Made by a program: the position numbers and the translations under genes. Below, piece by piece: positions 19,797 to 29,749 of a stretch of 64,000 bases of DNA (position 1 is the first letter of the stretch; every line of letters begins with the position of its first letter). Where the stretch lies: sequence record CP054387.1; one strand, given 5' to 3'. Under the pieces are notes generated by a model. It worked only from the letters and a program-made list of their open reading frames with translations. It was not told the DNA's origin and searched no databases. This stretch comes from Escherichia phage CMS-2020a.

Positions 19797-21356
19797 ATGA
19801 CTGTTCGGATTGTATCTAACGCAGTAAATGCGCTTATTTCTGGCGCAGATGACAAGGTAAAGCAACTGGTGCAGCAAATGTTGAGCTACGAAGTCGAGGC
19901 TGGCGACTGGAAGGGCACAAGCACAATGTTCAACTGGAGCAAAAACTCGTTCCCTGCTGGCTTTGCCAAGCCCGTGGCGGCTAATTTGAACAAGGCGGGC
20001 ATCAAATGTGTTCATATCCGCAAAGACAAAGCCCCGGCGCTTGGTAAACCAAATCCGGCGGTTAACCCATTCCCATACAATCCTGATTATGCGTATCAGG
20101 ATCAGACTGTGGAAACACTGGTTCGAGAGGGAATGATGATTGCGCAGATCGCTACTGGTGGCGGGAAATCTAACGTTGCCTGCAAAGCAGCTGCACGTAT
20201 CGGTCGAATGACATTATTTTTAACAACCCGCTCTGTTCTGATGTTTCAAATGGCCGAAAACTTCCAGAGATCCATCGACTACCGCGCCGAAAATGGCGAA
20301 CCGTGGTTAAAGGGCCAAAAGGTTGGAGTCATTGGCTCGGGTGAGTTCCAGGTATCACGACATATCAACGTCGCTACAGTTCAAACTCTGGCAAGTTTCC
20401 TTGAAGAACCACCACGCGATGCAACACCAGATAAAAAGAGCTACCACCTCAAACGTCGGGAGTTGGTGAAACGCTTCCTTTCAAGTGTGTCTCTGCTTAT
20501 TCTGGAAGAAGCGCATGAGTCTTCAGGCTCTAATTTCTATGACATTGCTAGATTATGTGTGAACGCAGACTATCGTCTGGCGCTTACAGCCACGCCGTTC
20601 ATGAAGGATTCGACGGAAGCCAACATGCGCCTGATGGCGATGGCCGGGCGAATTGAAATTAAAGTCACAGAAAAGTATCTGATTGATCGAGGCATTCTGG
20701 CAAAGCCGTACTTCCTTTATCATAAAGTTGCCTACAAGCCAGACGAGGCCAGAATCAAGGCCGAACTTGCCAACAAACACCTCAATTTTAGAGTTGGTAT
20801 GAGCACCGCCTACCAAAAGGCTTATCAGTTGGGGATCGTGTATAATTTGGGACGTAACGAGGCCATTGTGCGCGAAGCATTGCTCTATAAGCAACATTCT
20901 CTCAATTGCATGACTCTGGTTCGTCTTAAACGCCACGGGCAAATCCTGATGGAGATGATGAAGGAGTCCGGCCTTATAGTTGACTTCATCTATGGGGAAT
21001 CGAACCAGGCGACAAGGCAAGCAAAGCTGAACAGTTTAGCGTCTGGCGAAATAGATGTTTTAATAGGCTCGACTATTCTGGATGTCGGTGTTGATGTGCC
21101 AAGCGTTGGTGCGGTCATTCTGGCTGGTGGTGGGAAAGCAGAAGTTGAAATGAGACAGCGTGTCGGTCGTGGCTTACGAGCCAAGAAGAATCAGGCAAAC
21201 GTGTGTTTTATCACTGATTTCATTGACATTAGCAACAAATACCTGTTGTCTCACTCTTATGAGCGAAAACACATCATCGACACCACACCTGGCTTTGCAG
21301 AAGGTGTATTGCCTGTTGATGGCGCATTCGATTTTGGAGTTCTGAAACGAGATTAG
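19797..21356 (+). CDS. superfamily 2 DNA helicase (DEAH-box)
   Basis: Walker A ATGGGKS, motif II ILEEAHES, C-terminal helicase domain; RBS AAGGAAAGAGG. Confidence 0.7.
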   Translation: MTVRIVSNAVNALISGADDKVKQLVQQMLSYEVEAGDWKGTSTMFNWSKNSFPAGFAKPVAANLNKAGIKCVHIRKDKAPALGKPNPAVNPFPYNPDYAYQDQTVETLVREGMMIAQIATGGGKSNVACKAAARIGRMTLFLTTRSVLMFQMAENFQRSIDYRAENGEPWLKGQKVGVIGSGEFQVSRHINVATVQTLASFLEEPPRDATPDKKSYHLKRRELVKRFLSSVSLLILEEAHESSGSNFYDIARLCVNADYRLALTATPFMKDSTEANMRLMAMAGRIEIKVTEKYLIDRGILAKPYFLYHKVAYKPDEARIKAELANKHLNFRVGMSTAYQKAYQLGIVYNLGRNEAIVREALLYKQHSLNCMTLVRLKRHGQILMEMMKESGLIVDFIYGESNQATRQAKLNSLASGEIDVLIGSTILDVGVDVPSVGAVILAGGGKAEVEMRQRVGRGLRAKKNQANVCFITDFIDISNKYLLSHSYERKHIIDTTPGFAEGVLPVDGAFDFGVLKRD

Positions 21357-21358
21357 TT

Positions 21359-21637
21359 ATGAGTGAAAAGAAAACAACTTATTGCCAAGTGGCATTGTCT
21401 GATAAGGCCAATGAAAAACTTGGAAAATTTCAAATAAAACTCAAAGAGAAAAAAATCAAGATGTCTAAGGCTGAAGTTATCAATGCCATTCTGGAGACGA
21501 TGACTATGGCTGAATTTGACAAAGTCACATCTGCCGTTGGGGTTTCCGCTAAGACGCGTGAGAAAATCATGCGCATCTATGAAAACTCCAATATGACAAA
21601 AAAAGATTTAGAGGAAATACTGAGCAGGTTGCCGTAA
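21359..21637 (+). CDS. hypothetical protein
   Basis: 92-aa ORF immediately after the helicase gene. Confidence 0.4.
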   Translation: MSEKKTTYCQVALSDKANEKLGKFQIKLKEKKIKMSKAEVINAILETMTMAEFDKVTSAVGVSAKTREKIMRIYENSNMTKKDLEEILSRLP

Positions 21638-21702
21638 CATTTCATATTTACCCCCTATCTACTAATTCTATGATGTGCTCACTTGTTAGAAAGAAGCACA
21701 TC

Positions 21703-22269
21703 ATGAGTTGGTTAAAAGAATTATCATTTGTTGACACCACTGGCGCTAAGAAAAATCATTCTTTCTGGAAAGTCAGCGATCCTTCTGATTTTCTTGTTGG
21801 TGCTAATGCTGCTTTTGAATTGCTTAACTTTTATCAACGTTATCCTGAAATGAAACACAGTCCACTCCTGTACAGAATAACAAACGATATGAATAGGTCT
21901 GGTTTATTATCAAGTGAGTCAGCGAAAGGCTTTTTTAGCAAAATAACGCCACACATATCATTCGATGCTGCAAACGAAATTGATTATCTATCCACGAAAC
22001 CTCAAGAACAATTATCTGTACCACCTGAGAAAAAAGAAAGACGAATTGCCAGCATTGAAAATATATCGAAAGAGCTTCGCACAACAACGTTGAGGCTGCT
22101 GAACTTTCTTACGCTACTGAATTGGATAGATGATCAAACATTGATTCCATCAACCGAAGCGTTGGATAACAGAGTCCTTCGTCTAAACAAAAAATCGCAA
22201 TTTGGTTTTGTGTTCACCAAAAAAGGTGAAGATTTAATCAAAAGAAAATATAGATTATTGAATAATTAA
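21703..22269 (+). CDS. hypothetical protein
   Basis: ORF 21670-22269; start placed at ATG 21703 after a hairpin at 21672-21702. Confidence 0.4.
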   Translation: MSWLKELSFVDTTGAKKNHSFWKVSDPSDFLVGANAAFELLNFYQRYPEMKHSPLLYRITNDMNRSGLLSSESAKGFFSKITPHISFDAANEIDYLSTKPQEQLSVPPEKKERRIASIENISKELRTTTLRLLNFLTLLNWIDDQTLIPSTEALDNRVLRLNKKSQFGFVFTKKGEDLIKRKYRLLNN

Positions 22270-22414
22270 TAGTCTACATGCAGGTGTATGAGAGCACCTG
22301 TATGTGACATTCATCACATTTTTTGAAGTACACACCTCCGGCTGAAAAAATTTCTTGATTGGCTGAACGATATTTGTAGGCTTTTCAATTGATAACTAAG
22401 GTCGGATACTGTAG

Positions 22415-22903
22415 ATGAGTATTTCTATAAACAAAATAATTAACTCTTTACGACATAAAATATCACATGGAAAAGATGTTCTTTTTAAAGACAAATATTA
22501 TCTATTCAACTTAGAGCCGTACAAATGTACAAAATTTTATATCACTCGCAACCGTAAATATTCAGTTTCAATCACAAAAGACATGAAGAAAATCTCTTCA
22601 GAAGAGTACTTCATATCACATATTTATATCTACCCATTTAAATTAGAACCATTAAATATAATTCTTCCAACAATAAAAGGGGTTGAACTTGAAGGTTATA
22701 CTTTAAGCTCTAACTTTAATGATATGGGTGTACAAAAACCAGGGACAAGGTCATACTACGCCTACAAAGTAAAATGCAATAACTACAACGCACTTAACAT
22801 GCTAATCAGCAAACTTGAAACGGAGATAGTCGAAGGAAATCTAAATGACGATCATGAAAAATTAGAACAAATAGAAAGACTTAGAAAGTGTGATGTTAAA
22901 TAA
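22415..22903 (+). CDS. hypothetical protein, low-GC accessory gene
   Basis: 162 aa, Lys/Asn/Ile-rich, visibly AT-rich versus the rest of the window. Confidence 0.4.
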   Translation: MSISINKIINSLRHKISHGKDVLFKDKYYLFNLEPYKCTKFYITRNRKYSVSITKDMKKISSEEYFISHIYIYPFKLEPLNIILPTIKGVELEGYTLSSNFNDMGVQKPGTRSYYAYKVKCNNYNALNMLISKLETEIVEGNLNDDHEKLEQIERLRKCDVK

Positions 22904-22918
22904 TTGGATTATCATGAT

Positions 22919-23518
22919 ATGAAAATGAAACTTTCGTTACTCCTTGCTTGCATATACCTCCCGGCGTTTTCCGCCAACGCATTATCAGATTTCGTCTCTG
23001 ACATGCAAAAAACGTACAGCATGTTTACCTCCGAAGACGTAGTAGAATACAAATCACGAGGTCTGAATCAGCCAGTTTGGTTCAGATTCTCAGACAACGC
23101 AGAAGAAACAATACTTAATGGAGGAAAAGAAAGATTACGGTTGCAAATTAACGGGACCGCTGTACCAGAAAACGTTAATGTAAGCTCTGACGAAGCCATG
23201 AAGCCATCTGGAATTGTTTTAGAAGTTCAAGACGGCACACTTTACTGTGATGAAATGGCTACAACAGGTTGCCAAGTAAACATTAGGGTTGGCAATGAAG
23301 ACCCTATCGTTACTTACGCCAAGGCTGAAGGGAATACAAGTGGAAAGGTATTGTTTATCGATGAAAATACCTCAAAACGTATCGTTCGTGACATACAGAA
23401 AACAGCGAACTCTAAATCCGTCGATAAAAAAATCTATGTTGAGGTTCCCTTCTTTGTCGTTGGTAACAAAGAATTTAAATTTGGGTTGCTGAAAACACCT
23501 CTAAGAGTATCAGAATGA
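22919..23518 (+). CDS. secreted/periplasmic protein (signal peptide)
   Basis: N-terminus MKMKLSLLLACIYLPAFSANA then LSD: signal peptide with AxA cleavage site; start placed at the first ATG. Confidence 0.45.
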   Translation: MKMKLSLLLACIYLPAFSANALSDFVSDMQKTYSMFTSEDVVEYKSRGLNQPVWFRFSDNAEETILNGGKERLRLQINGTAVPENVNVSSDEAMKPSGIVLEVQDGTLYCDEMATTGCQVNIRVGNEDPIVTYAKAEGNTSGKVLFIDENTSKRIVRDIQKTANSKSVDKKIYVEVPFFVVGNKEFKFGLLKTPLRVSE

Positions 23519-24039
23519 GAACATTGGACATCACCTACGGCATACCGGCTGAAGTATGGCCGCGAGACTACGAACATGCTGAACGTACCTTGCTCTTCTG
23601 GCGGAAAGCTAAATTTCCTGTCAGAGTCACACTTGAAGATGGTCAGGTGTTTTGCATGTATGTGCAGGGAACAATGTCTTCCCGCAACAAGCTAGATTTA
23701 TGTCCAGCACCGCTTGATAATGACAATCGTATAAGACTCCCACTTGAGCGCATTAGTACAATTGAATCAGGTGTCATTGATGGCATTGCTTACGATTTCA
23801 AAGGGAGACTAACAATACATCCTGACTATGTAGATAACCAGCCATCACGTCGTGACTTTTTTAAGATATGTCGTCAGGCTTACCAAAACGGCAAATCTAT
23901 AAGGGTCTACATGGCAGACGGTCGCGAAATTGAGGGAACGTCAGATGGTGTTGACGCCTGTCTAGTCACACTTAAGTTGGAGGACGGTAGAAAAATACTT
24001 ATTTTCTTCGATTGGGTTGAACGAATCCTTCCGTTCTAA
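23515..24039 (+). CDS. hypothetical protein, possible tandem Sm/Hfq-like fold
   Basis: ATGA overlap with the upstream gene; two internal repeats (VRVTLEDGQVF... and VRVYMADGREIEG...KILIFFDWVERI); terminator follows. Confidence 0.4.
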   Translation: MRTLDITYGIPAEVWPRDYEHAERTLLFWRKAKFPVRVTLEDGQVFCMYVQGTMSSRNKLDLCPAPLDNDNRIRLPLERISTIESGVIDGIAYDFKGRLTIHPDYVDNQPSRRDFFKICRQAYQNGKSIRVYMADGREIEGTSDGVDACLVTLKLEDGRKILIFFDWVERILPF

Positions 24040-24054
24040 TTTCTATAAGGGCAA

Positions 24055-24082
24055 TAACCGGCTAAGTCCGGTTATTATTTTA
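24055..24082 (+). terminator. rho-independent terminator
   Basis: ATAACCGGCTAAGTCCGGTTAT hairpin followed by TATTTT, after the gene ending at 24039. Confidence 0.6.
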
Positions 24083-24327
24083 CATGTCATTCATTTAATA
24101 CCTTTTCAATTCTACCCCGTATAAATATATAAGGTCGAAAGCCGGAATCAATTATTTATTTAGGGAACACCTTCGACGATCTCGCTTTTATTTCTAGGAC
24201 TTTCATCCCTGCAAAAATTTTAAAAAAATCGCTTGCAATCTTTTTTCGCATATCGATAATTGAACTCGTCGAAAGCAAACAAGCTAACGACAAATAAATT
24301 TAAATATTTACATTAAGGAATAAAATC

Positions 24328-24978
24328 ATGGCTAACATTATCATTTCTAAAAAGTCTATCATTGAAGCTGCATCTATTGTATCCGACGAGCTGCGCGAAA
24401 AAGCAGATCTGGCAACTCAAACATATAACGAACATTATAAAAATGGCACGCACACTAAAGCAGACAAAGCAAATATGCAAGCTGCGACCACTAAACTTGC
24501 TTACTTCATCAACAACGTCGTAAACGCAGTAGAAGACGAAAAATTATGCTCTGTTTTCTACTATGCGATTAAAGCAAGCAAACAAGCGCCAGAAGTATTT
24601 TTCCGTGATGCAATGACTAATAGTTATTCACTGGAAAAACTGGTTTATCTGGTTAAATCAATTAAATCTGGTAAATGCGTTTATTCCATCGCTGATATGT
24701 CTGGATCTCGTGTATTTGCTTTAATCGATATGATTAACGACGAGATCGACACGTTCACCAATGGCGCTGTTTTCGATTTAATGAATGAAGCTAAAAAAGC
24801 GTGTGAGATTAAATTGGACGCTGGCTATACTCAAGCCAACCAGTTGATCAATCTTTGCGAACGTCTTGGACTTGTTGAAAAAGTCAAAGGAGCTGGGATC
24901 GCAAAAGCTGGTACTCAGCAATATCGCTTCATTAAAAATGATTTCTACAATTATTTAGCTGACGCTTTCAAAGCGTAA
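24328..24978 (+). CDS. hypothetical protein
   Basis: 216-aa ORF with an AT-rich promoter-like region upstream. Confidence 0.4.
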   Translation: MANIIISKKSIIEAASIVSDELREKADLATQTYNEHYKNGTHTKADKANMQAATTKLAYFINNVVNAVEDEKLCSVFYYAIKASKQAPEVFFRDAMTNSYSLEKLVYLVKSIKSGKCVYSIADMSGSRVFALIDMINDEIDTFTNGAVFDLMNEAKKACEIKLDAGYTQANQLINLCERLGLVEKVKGAGIAKAGTQQYRFIKNDFYNYLADAFKA

Positions 24979-25026
24979 TTAATGGAATTAAGCGCCCATA
25001 GTGGGCGCTTTAAAGGAGCTTTAAAG

Positions 25027-25230
25027 ATGGTCAGCTATGACAAGATCCGCGCGGAATATCGCGCAAAGTATCGCGCTTATAAACTAGAATTAATCGATGA
25101 TTTGATCGCGCAACGCGACCAATTAAATTTTACGTTTTCTGATTTGCTTAACAGCAAGCGAGATTGCAAGCGCAAACGTGAATACTTACGTTTAAGCGCA
25201 TTAATCGGAAAACTTCAAAATTCTATTTAA
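25027..25230 (+). CDS. hypothetical small protein
   Basis: Start placed at ATG 25027 (RBS AAAGGAG) downstream of the hairpin at 24992-25010. Confidence 0.35.
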   Translation: MVSYDKIRAEYRAKYRAYKLELIDDLIAQRDQLNFTFSDLLNSKRDCKRKREYLRLSALIGKLQNSI

Positions 25231-25251
25231 TTTTTTTTAAGGAGCTTAATC

Positions 25252-25482
25252 ATGTTTGTTCTTATCGCTGGCGTTAACGTCCATAATGAATATTATGTTA
25301 ATCGCATCGCTGGGATCGCTGGTTACGCTGGGCGCGCAGTCGAGCTTATAGATGAAACGACGCGCAAAATTGACTTATTGAGCGACCAGGAGCGAAAAAA
25401 AGCAGACGTGAACGACGCTGATATATTTTTAATGTTAAAAGCGTTTGTCGAAATGGGATTTAAAATCAGTTTACACAAATAA
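25252..25482 (+). CDS. hypothetical small protein
   Basis: 76-aa ORF with RBS AAGGAG, followed by tandem terminators. Confidence 0.35.
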   Translation: MFVLIAGVNVHNEYYVNRIAGIAGYAGRAVELIDETTRKIDLLSDQERKKADVNDADIFLMLKAFVEMGFKISLHK

Positions 25483-25486
25483 AATC

Positions 25487-25513
25487 GAGCGCCCACTATG
25501 GGCGCTTTTTTCG
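25487..25513 (+). terminator. rho-independent terminator
   Basis: GAGCGCCCACTATGGGCGCTT hairpin followed by TTTTTC. Confidence 0.6.
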
Positions 25514-25532
25514 TTTCCAATACACCTACCAT

Positions 25533-25560
25533 AACGCGCCAATGATGGCGCGTTTTTATT
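25533..25560 (+). terminator. rho-independent terminator (second of a tandem pair)
   Basis: AACGCGCCAATGATGGCGCGTT hairpin followed by TTTATT. Confidence 0.55.
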
Positions 25561-26097
25561 GTCTTTAACTCACTCCAACAACATAAAAATAAGCGCCAAA
25601 ATAACGCCATAGACGCGCTTTTATATCCTTGTCAGTACATACCCATTACTTAACACATTAACGCGCTTAAAACACGTTATATTGCGCTATAGAGTATGGT
25701 TAATCATTGGCTTTTAGTCTTGCTATGTGATCCGCGTTTATTTGTCGGCGCGGATCGGCATTTTGTTTTGTTCCGTATCCGCTCGCGTATTATGTGCGCG
25801 TGATTTTTCACATAATCACACCACTTAATCACGTATGCGATTACGCTACGAAAGAAATCTGGATGTCTCAGGCGACGAAAGTCATCATAATTTTCCCCGC
25901 TCACCTGTCCGACAACCGCTGGTTGGATTCCACCAGCTTCCCGATGTTTTTTCTACATAAAGGCGAATGCAGCCGTTTCCCGAAAAAATCCTGGCCGTTC
26001 CCCGTCGGTTCATGAATACGTTCCTCGCCGTTTCTGAAAATTTCCCTGCGGCATCTGGTGGCTATAGAGAAAGGGCCGTTACTGGCCCTCTTCTCAG

Positions 26098-26580
26098 TTA
26101 CACGCCATCAAGGATGTGGATGCGGTTGCTTGCGTATACATTCAGCATAAAGTTAGCGCAAAACAGTTTCCATGTATCAACGCCAGCGGTATACGTAATG
26201 TTTTTGCATTTAATTGCATTGTTGGCGATCCGCATCCCCTGCGATACTGCTTCATCGTCGGAAAATTTGAACGACGATTGAGTTTTAATCCAGACAGAAA
26301 TCTGCGTAGCGAACTCAATCAGCTTGGACTGGCAGAATCGCCCGGAGCGCACCGGAAAGACGAACGTTCCGAATCCAGAATTTACCACATACGCTTTCTC
26401 AAATACCCGCGAGTAACGACGATTGCCAATGATGTCGCGTGCAATAATGCATTTTTCTTGTGCTGACAGTTCTACCGTCTCATTGTCGCGCCATGCACCA
26501 AGTACTCGTTTTTCAATGTCAGAGAACGTTACAGCGATATTGCCATGTGCGGGTGCGTTTACAGTAGCGATAAAATTCAT
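26098..26580 (-). CDS. hypothetical protein
   Basis: 160-aa ORF. Confidence 0.4.
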   Translation of the reverse strand: MNFIATVNAPAHGNIAVTFSDIEKRVLGAWRDNETVELSAQEKCIIARDIIGNRRYSRVFEKAYVVNSGFGTFVFPVRSGRFCQSKLIEFATQISVWIKTQSSFKFSDDEAVSQGMRIANNAIKCKNITYTAGVDTWKLFCANFMLNVYASNRIHILDGV

Positions 26581-26930
26581 GATTAATTCCTTATCGTAAA
26601 TAACAAATTGTTTTCTTGTTGGCGTTAATTATCGTTGTACGAATAAGGCGTCAAAGTGGAAAGTTGCGGTAGCCGGACGGGAACAGGTGGGTTTGTCGGT
26701 TGCCTGGAGGTAAGAGGTTGGTGTTTTTAGCCTGCGGGAAACAGGATGGTCATTTAAGGCCACCAGCAGTGGTGGCCTTAATAATTATCGACCGATTACG
26801 CTAAGGATCTTTTCCTCAACTGATTTGTTGTTGCGACTAAACTGCCTTGCGTATCTGATGACAGAAGAGGCGTTTTGCTTTCTGACTATCTCGGCTCTTT
26901 CCTTCAGGCGTTTCTTGAAATCGCCCATAT

Positions 26931-27305
26931 TTACCACCAGGCGCAGAAGGTCAGTCTGTTATTGTGAAAGTCGTGGTTCTTAATCAGCTCTTCCACAAGT
27001 TTTTTCAACTCCCCCACGTCATGCCAGTACCCTTCATCGTACTCCTGACTGCCGAAGAAAAAACCTTCACAGGTAGGTAAGTACTCTTCGCAGTTACTTT
27101 CGTTCATGTGCATCAAATGAGCTTTCAGAGCACAAATGTCATTCATCGTTAATTCTAAAAGCTCACAATTTTTGACTTCACCTACGTTGCGTTCCATCCA
27201 CCCAAAGAGAGCATTGAACTTACGGAAGTAAGCAACCTTCTTTCTGGATGCATCGTTATTCAGATCGTTTTTTGGTTGCGTCTCAATGTAGATATCAAGT
27301 CCCAT
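26931..27305 (-). CDS. hypothetical protein
   Basis: 124-aa ORF, AAACAAnTTGTT motif upstream. Confidence 0.4.
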   Translation of the reverse strand: MGLDIYIETQPKNDLNNDASRKKVAYFRKFNALFGWMERNVGEVKNCELLELTMNDICALKAHLMHMNESNCEEYLPTCEGFFFGSQEYDEGYWHDVGELKKLVEELIKNHDFHNNRLTFCAWW

Positions 27306-27423
27306 GATGGTTTCCTTATCAAGTTGCTTTCAGTGAAAGCATTTTCACAAATCAGATAAGGCAGAAAACAAATTGTTATCGGGCATAAGAAAATGGCGCG
27401 GTTTACGCGCCATTCAAAGAGGA

Positions 27424-27819
27424 TTAAGCGAATACGCTTTCAGGGATTAAGGTGTCAGCAGGAATGCCGGAGGTAATGCGCAGACCATACTGACCAATCC
27501 AGGTAGTGTTAGTGTTCAGACTGGAAGCGAATACGGTGTTAACCATATTCATCATGGTTTCAAACACCTCTTTATTCACCTTACGGAAGTAACTTTCAAT
27601 TTTCAACAACAACGGGTCCGTTGCATCAAAAATGGACTGATATTGCGCCTCATATTCCCCGCCTGATGTATCTCCTTTACGCACAATAGTACTTGCCTGA
27701 ACTTCAGTTCCAGTTTCGGTGTTGTACGTAACGACGGTGATTTTAGCTACATTCTTACCTTCGGCGCTTTCTGAAGCATAGTAGACATCAACTGTCAGGT
27801 TTTCTCGTTTAACGCTCAT
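27424..27819 (-). CDS. hypothetical protein
   Basis: Start at ATG 27819 with RBS GGAGAG. Confidence 0.4.
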   Translation of the reverse strand: MSVKRENLTVDVYYASESAEGKNVAKITVVTYNTETGTEVQASTIVRKGDTSGGEYEAQYQSIFDATDPLLLKIESYFRKVNKEVFETMMNMVNTVFASSLNTNTTWIGQYGLRITSGIPADTLIPESVFA

Positions 27820-27944
27820 ATCACTCTCCATAGTGTCTTGGTTATTTTTCTATTTTATAGACATAGGTATGTACTTACAATACAAAAAACCCCGTAAGGA
27901 TGGCGGGGCTGTCGTACTGTCGACTAATTACCACTTGCACATTA

Positions 27945-28256
27945 TCAGGCTATTGCCATCACTGATGCTCTCTGAATCTCTTGCTGGGCCACGCGGTTAA
28001 CTTCCATCAAAGCCAGTTCGAGCTGATGTTCCGGCCACATTCTTTGAAATGCCATCCAGCCTTTTCCACGCTGGCGACGAACATTCATTACATAACGAGT
28101 AAAGGTGTTTTTATCGAAAGACACCGCTGTTTCACGGAACAGACGAATAGAGGTTCCATTGGCAACGATGTCCAGCAAAGTTAATTGAGCAACCAGTGCA
28201 GGCTTCTCTTTTCTCTTCTGGTCTTTGTCCAGACCAAGAACCAATGATTTTTTCAT
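27945..28256 (-). CDS. hypothetical protein
   Basis: Start at internal ATG 28256 preceded by GGAG and the palindromic motif. Confidence 0.4.
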   Translation of the reverse strand: MKKSLVLGLDKDQKRKEKPALVAQLTLLDIVANGTSIRLFRETAVSFDKNTFTRYVMNVRRQRGKGWMAFQRMWPEHQLELALMEVNRVAQQEIQRASVMAIA

Positions 28257-28267
28257 CACAACTCCGT

Positions 28268-28283
28268 AAACAACTTGTTTTCT
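28268..28283. promoter_or_regulatory. palindromic motif family 1 (AAACAA-N-TTGTTT), representative copy
   Basis: AAACAACTTGTTTTCT about 12 nt upstream of the start at 28256; similar copies at 16385, 26600, 27363, 28753, 31183, 31223, 35160, 40279, 44826, 45555, 55773. Confidence 0.5.
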
Positions 28284-28410
28284 CAATGGCGTAAATAATA
28301 CCAGTAAGAAAACGGCTACAAAGCATATTGATCAGGCGCATGAGCGATATGCAGGTTCTTCCCTGCGGCTACAGATGAAGTTAAGCCAGCAATGCTGGCT
28401 TTGGTTGGGC

Positions 28411-28740
28411 TTACGCGAATATCGCAAGGAAGTCCTGAACGTCCCAATGCTGGACGAGGTGAAGATAGACCTTAGAAATCACGTCATTTTCGCTATCGCA
28501 TGTGAAGTAGTACTTCTGGCTGCGGTTGTATGTGTCCACACAAAATTCGCTCATATCCATAAAGTCAGCATCTTCACCCATGTCGCAAATCATCAAAGCA
28601 GGTGCGTCATCACGAGTCATCAGCTCCAGCACCCATCTTGAATTAATCAGAGTGGAAGACCAACCTTCCAGCTCATAAAACTGGTCAAACTCTTTTTGAG
28701 TCAATTTCTTAATTTGGTTGATGTCGATATTTGCAAACAT
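28411..28740 (-). CDS. hypothetical protein
   Basis: Start at ATG 28740 (RBS AAGGA); motif copy immediately upstream. Confidence 0.4.
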   Translation of the reverse strand: MFANIDINQIKKLTQKEFDQFYELEGWSSTLINSRWVLELMTRDDAPALMICDMGEDADFMDMSEFCVDTYNRSQKYYFTCDSENDVISKVYLHLVQHWDVQDFLAIFA

Positions 28741-28878
28741 AAAGCAATCCTTAAACATGTTGTTTTCTGAATTACGTAAACAATACCAGTAAGAAAACGG
28801 CCACAAAGTATATCGTTACGGTGCTACGCTGCCCCGAGGTTAATAGCGACAAAAGCCACCGTGCTGGTGGCCTCACTC

Positions 28879-29097
28879 TTAATCTTGGTCGTCCGGGAAC
28901 TCGCTGTGTACCGCGCCCACCAGCTCCCGCTTTTCATCTTCACTCAGCAGGTGCCAGATATCCTTCCCTTTGGGCGATTCCCCTTCTGCCGGGACGAACG
29001 ACCACAACTTGCGGTACAACTCCGGCCCCACTGCATCCAGACACTCAGCCAGGGAATCCACGCCCCACACCTCAACCGTCACAGGCATCTTAATCAT
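28879..29097 (-). CDS. hypothetical small acidic protein
   Basis: 72-aa ORF. Confidence 0.3.
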   Translation of the reverse strand: MIKMPVTVEVWGVDSLAECLDAVGPELYRKLWSFVPAEGESPKGKDIWHLLSEDEKRELVGAVHSEFPDDQD

Positions 29098-29749
29098 CTC
29101 TTCATCCTCACTTCGTTTCTATAACGTCTAAATATGCTGTTTACTTGTTGGTGTTATTATCGCAATAAGATAAAGGCGAAAAAGGATTTTATGTCGGGAA
29201 AGCCAGGCTGGGCAGTGAATATCCGGGAACGACACGAGAGCCAGTATTTACGATATTCTGCTCTACGCGCGCCGCGGGGCTGGTGGGTAGAATAATCCTC
29301 TCCCCGAAAACCTACTGAAATCGATTGTGACCCGCTGGCTGTCTGGCACAATTACGCTGTATCTGGCATTCAGAGGGAATCCAGCGGTAAGCAAGTCAGC
29401 CTGCACGTGAGCGCCTCTCTTCTTCCCGCACATTACAGGTGGGTAGCTGCAACTCTCTCGCTATACCGGTACGCCGCCGTTCCTGAACCGGCATCGAGCC
29501 TTTTCCCGAAATCCACACAGGCAACTCGACCGTTTCCCTGAAAATCCCCAGCCGTTTCTGTAGCGTATGCAACCTTTTCTCTGTATGGACCGAAGGCTGA
29601 CCGTAGGGGTGTTACGGGGGGTGATGGTAAGATGTTGAATAAATACGAAAAAGGAGGCGACACACCTCCTTCCCTCTCCACTTATACATACCTGGCTTCT
29701 TCGCTATACATGTTGTGTTTTATCTGTCTCAACCTCTCTATAGGCGTTA

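Noticed and set aside
28858-29284. Chi-like octamers GCTGGTGG (28862, 29277, also 21122)
   Set aside because: Frequency is within chance expectation for a 64 kb enterobacterial-type sequence; no clustering or orientation bias.
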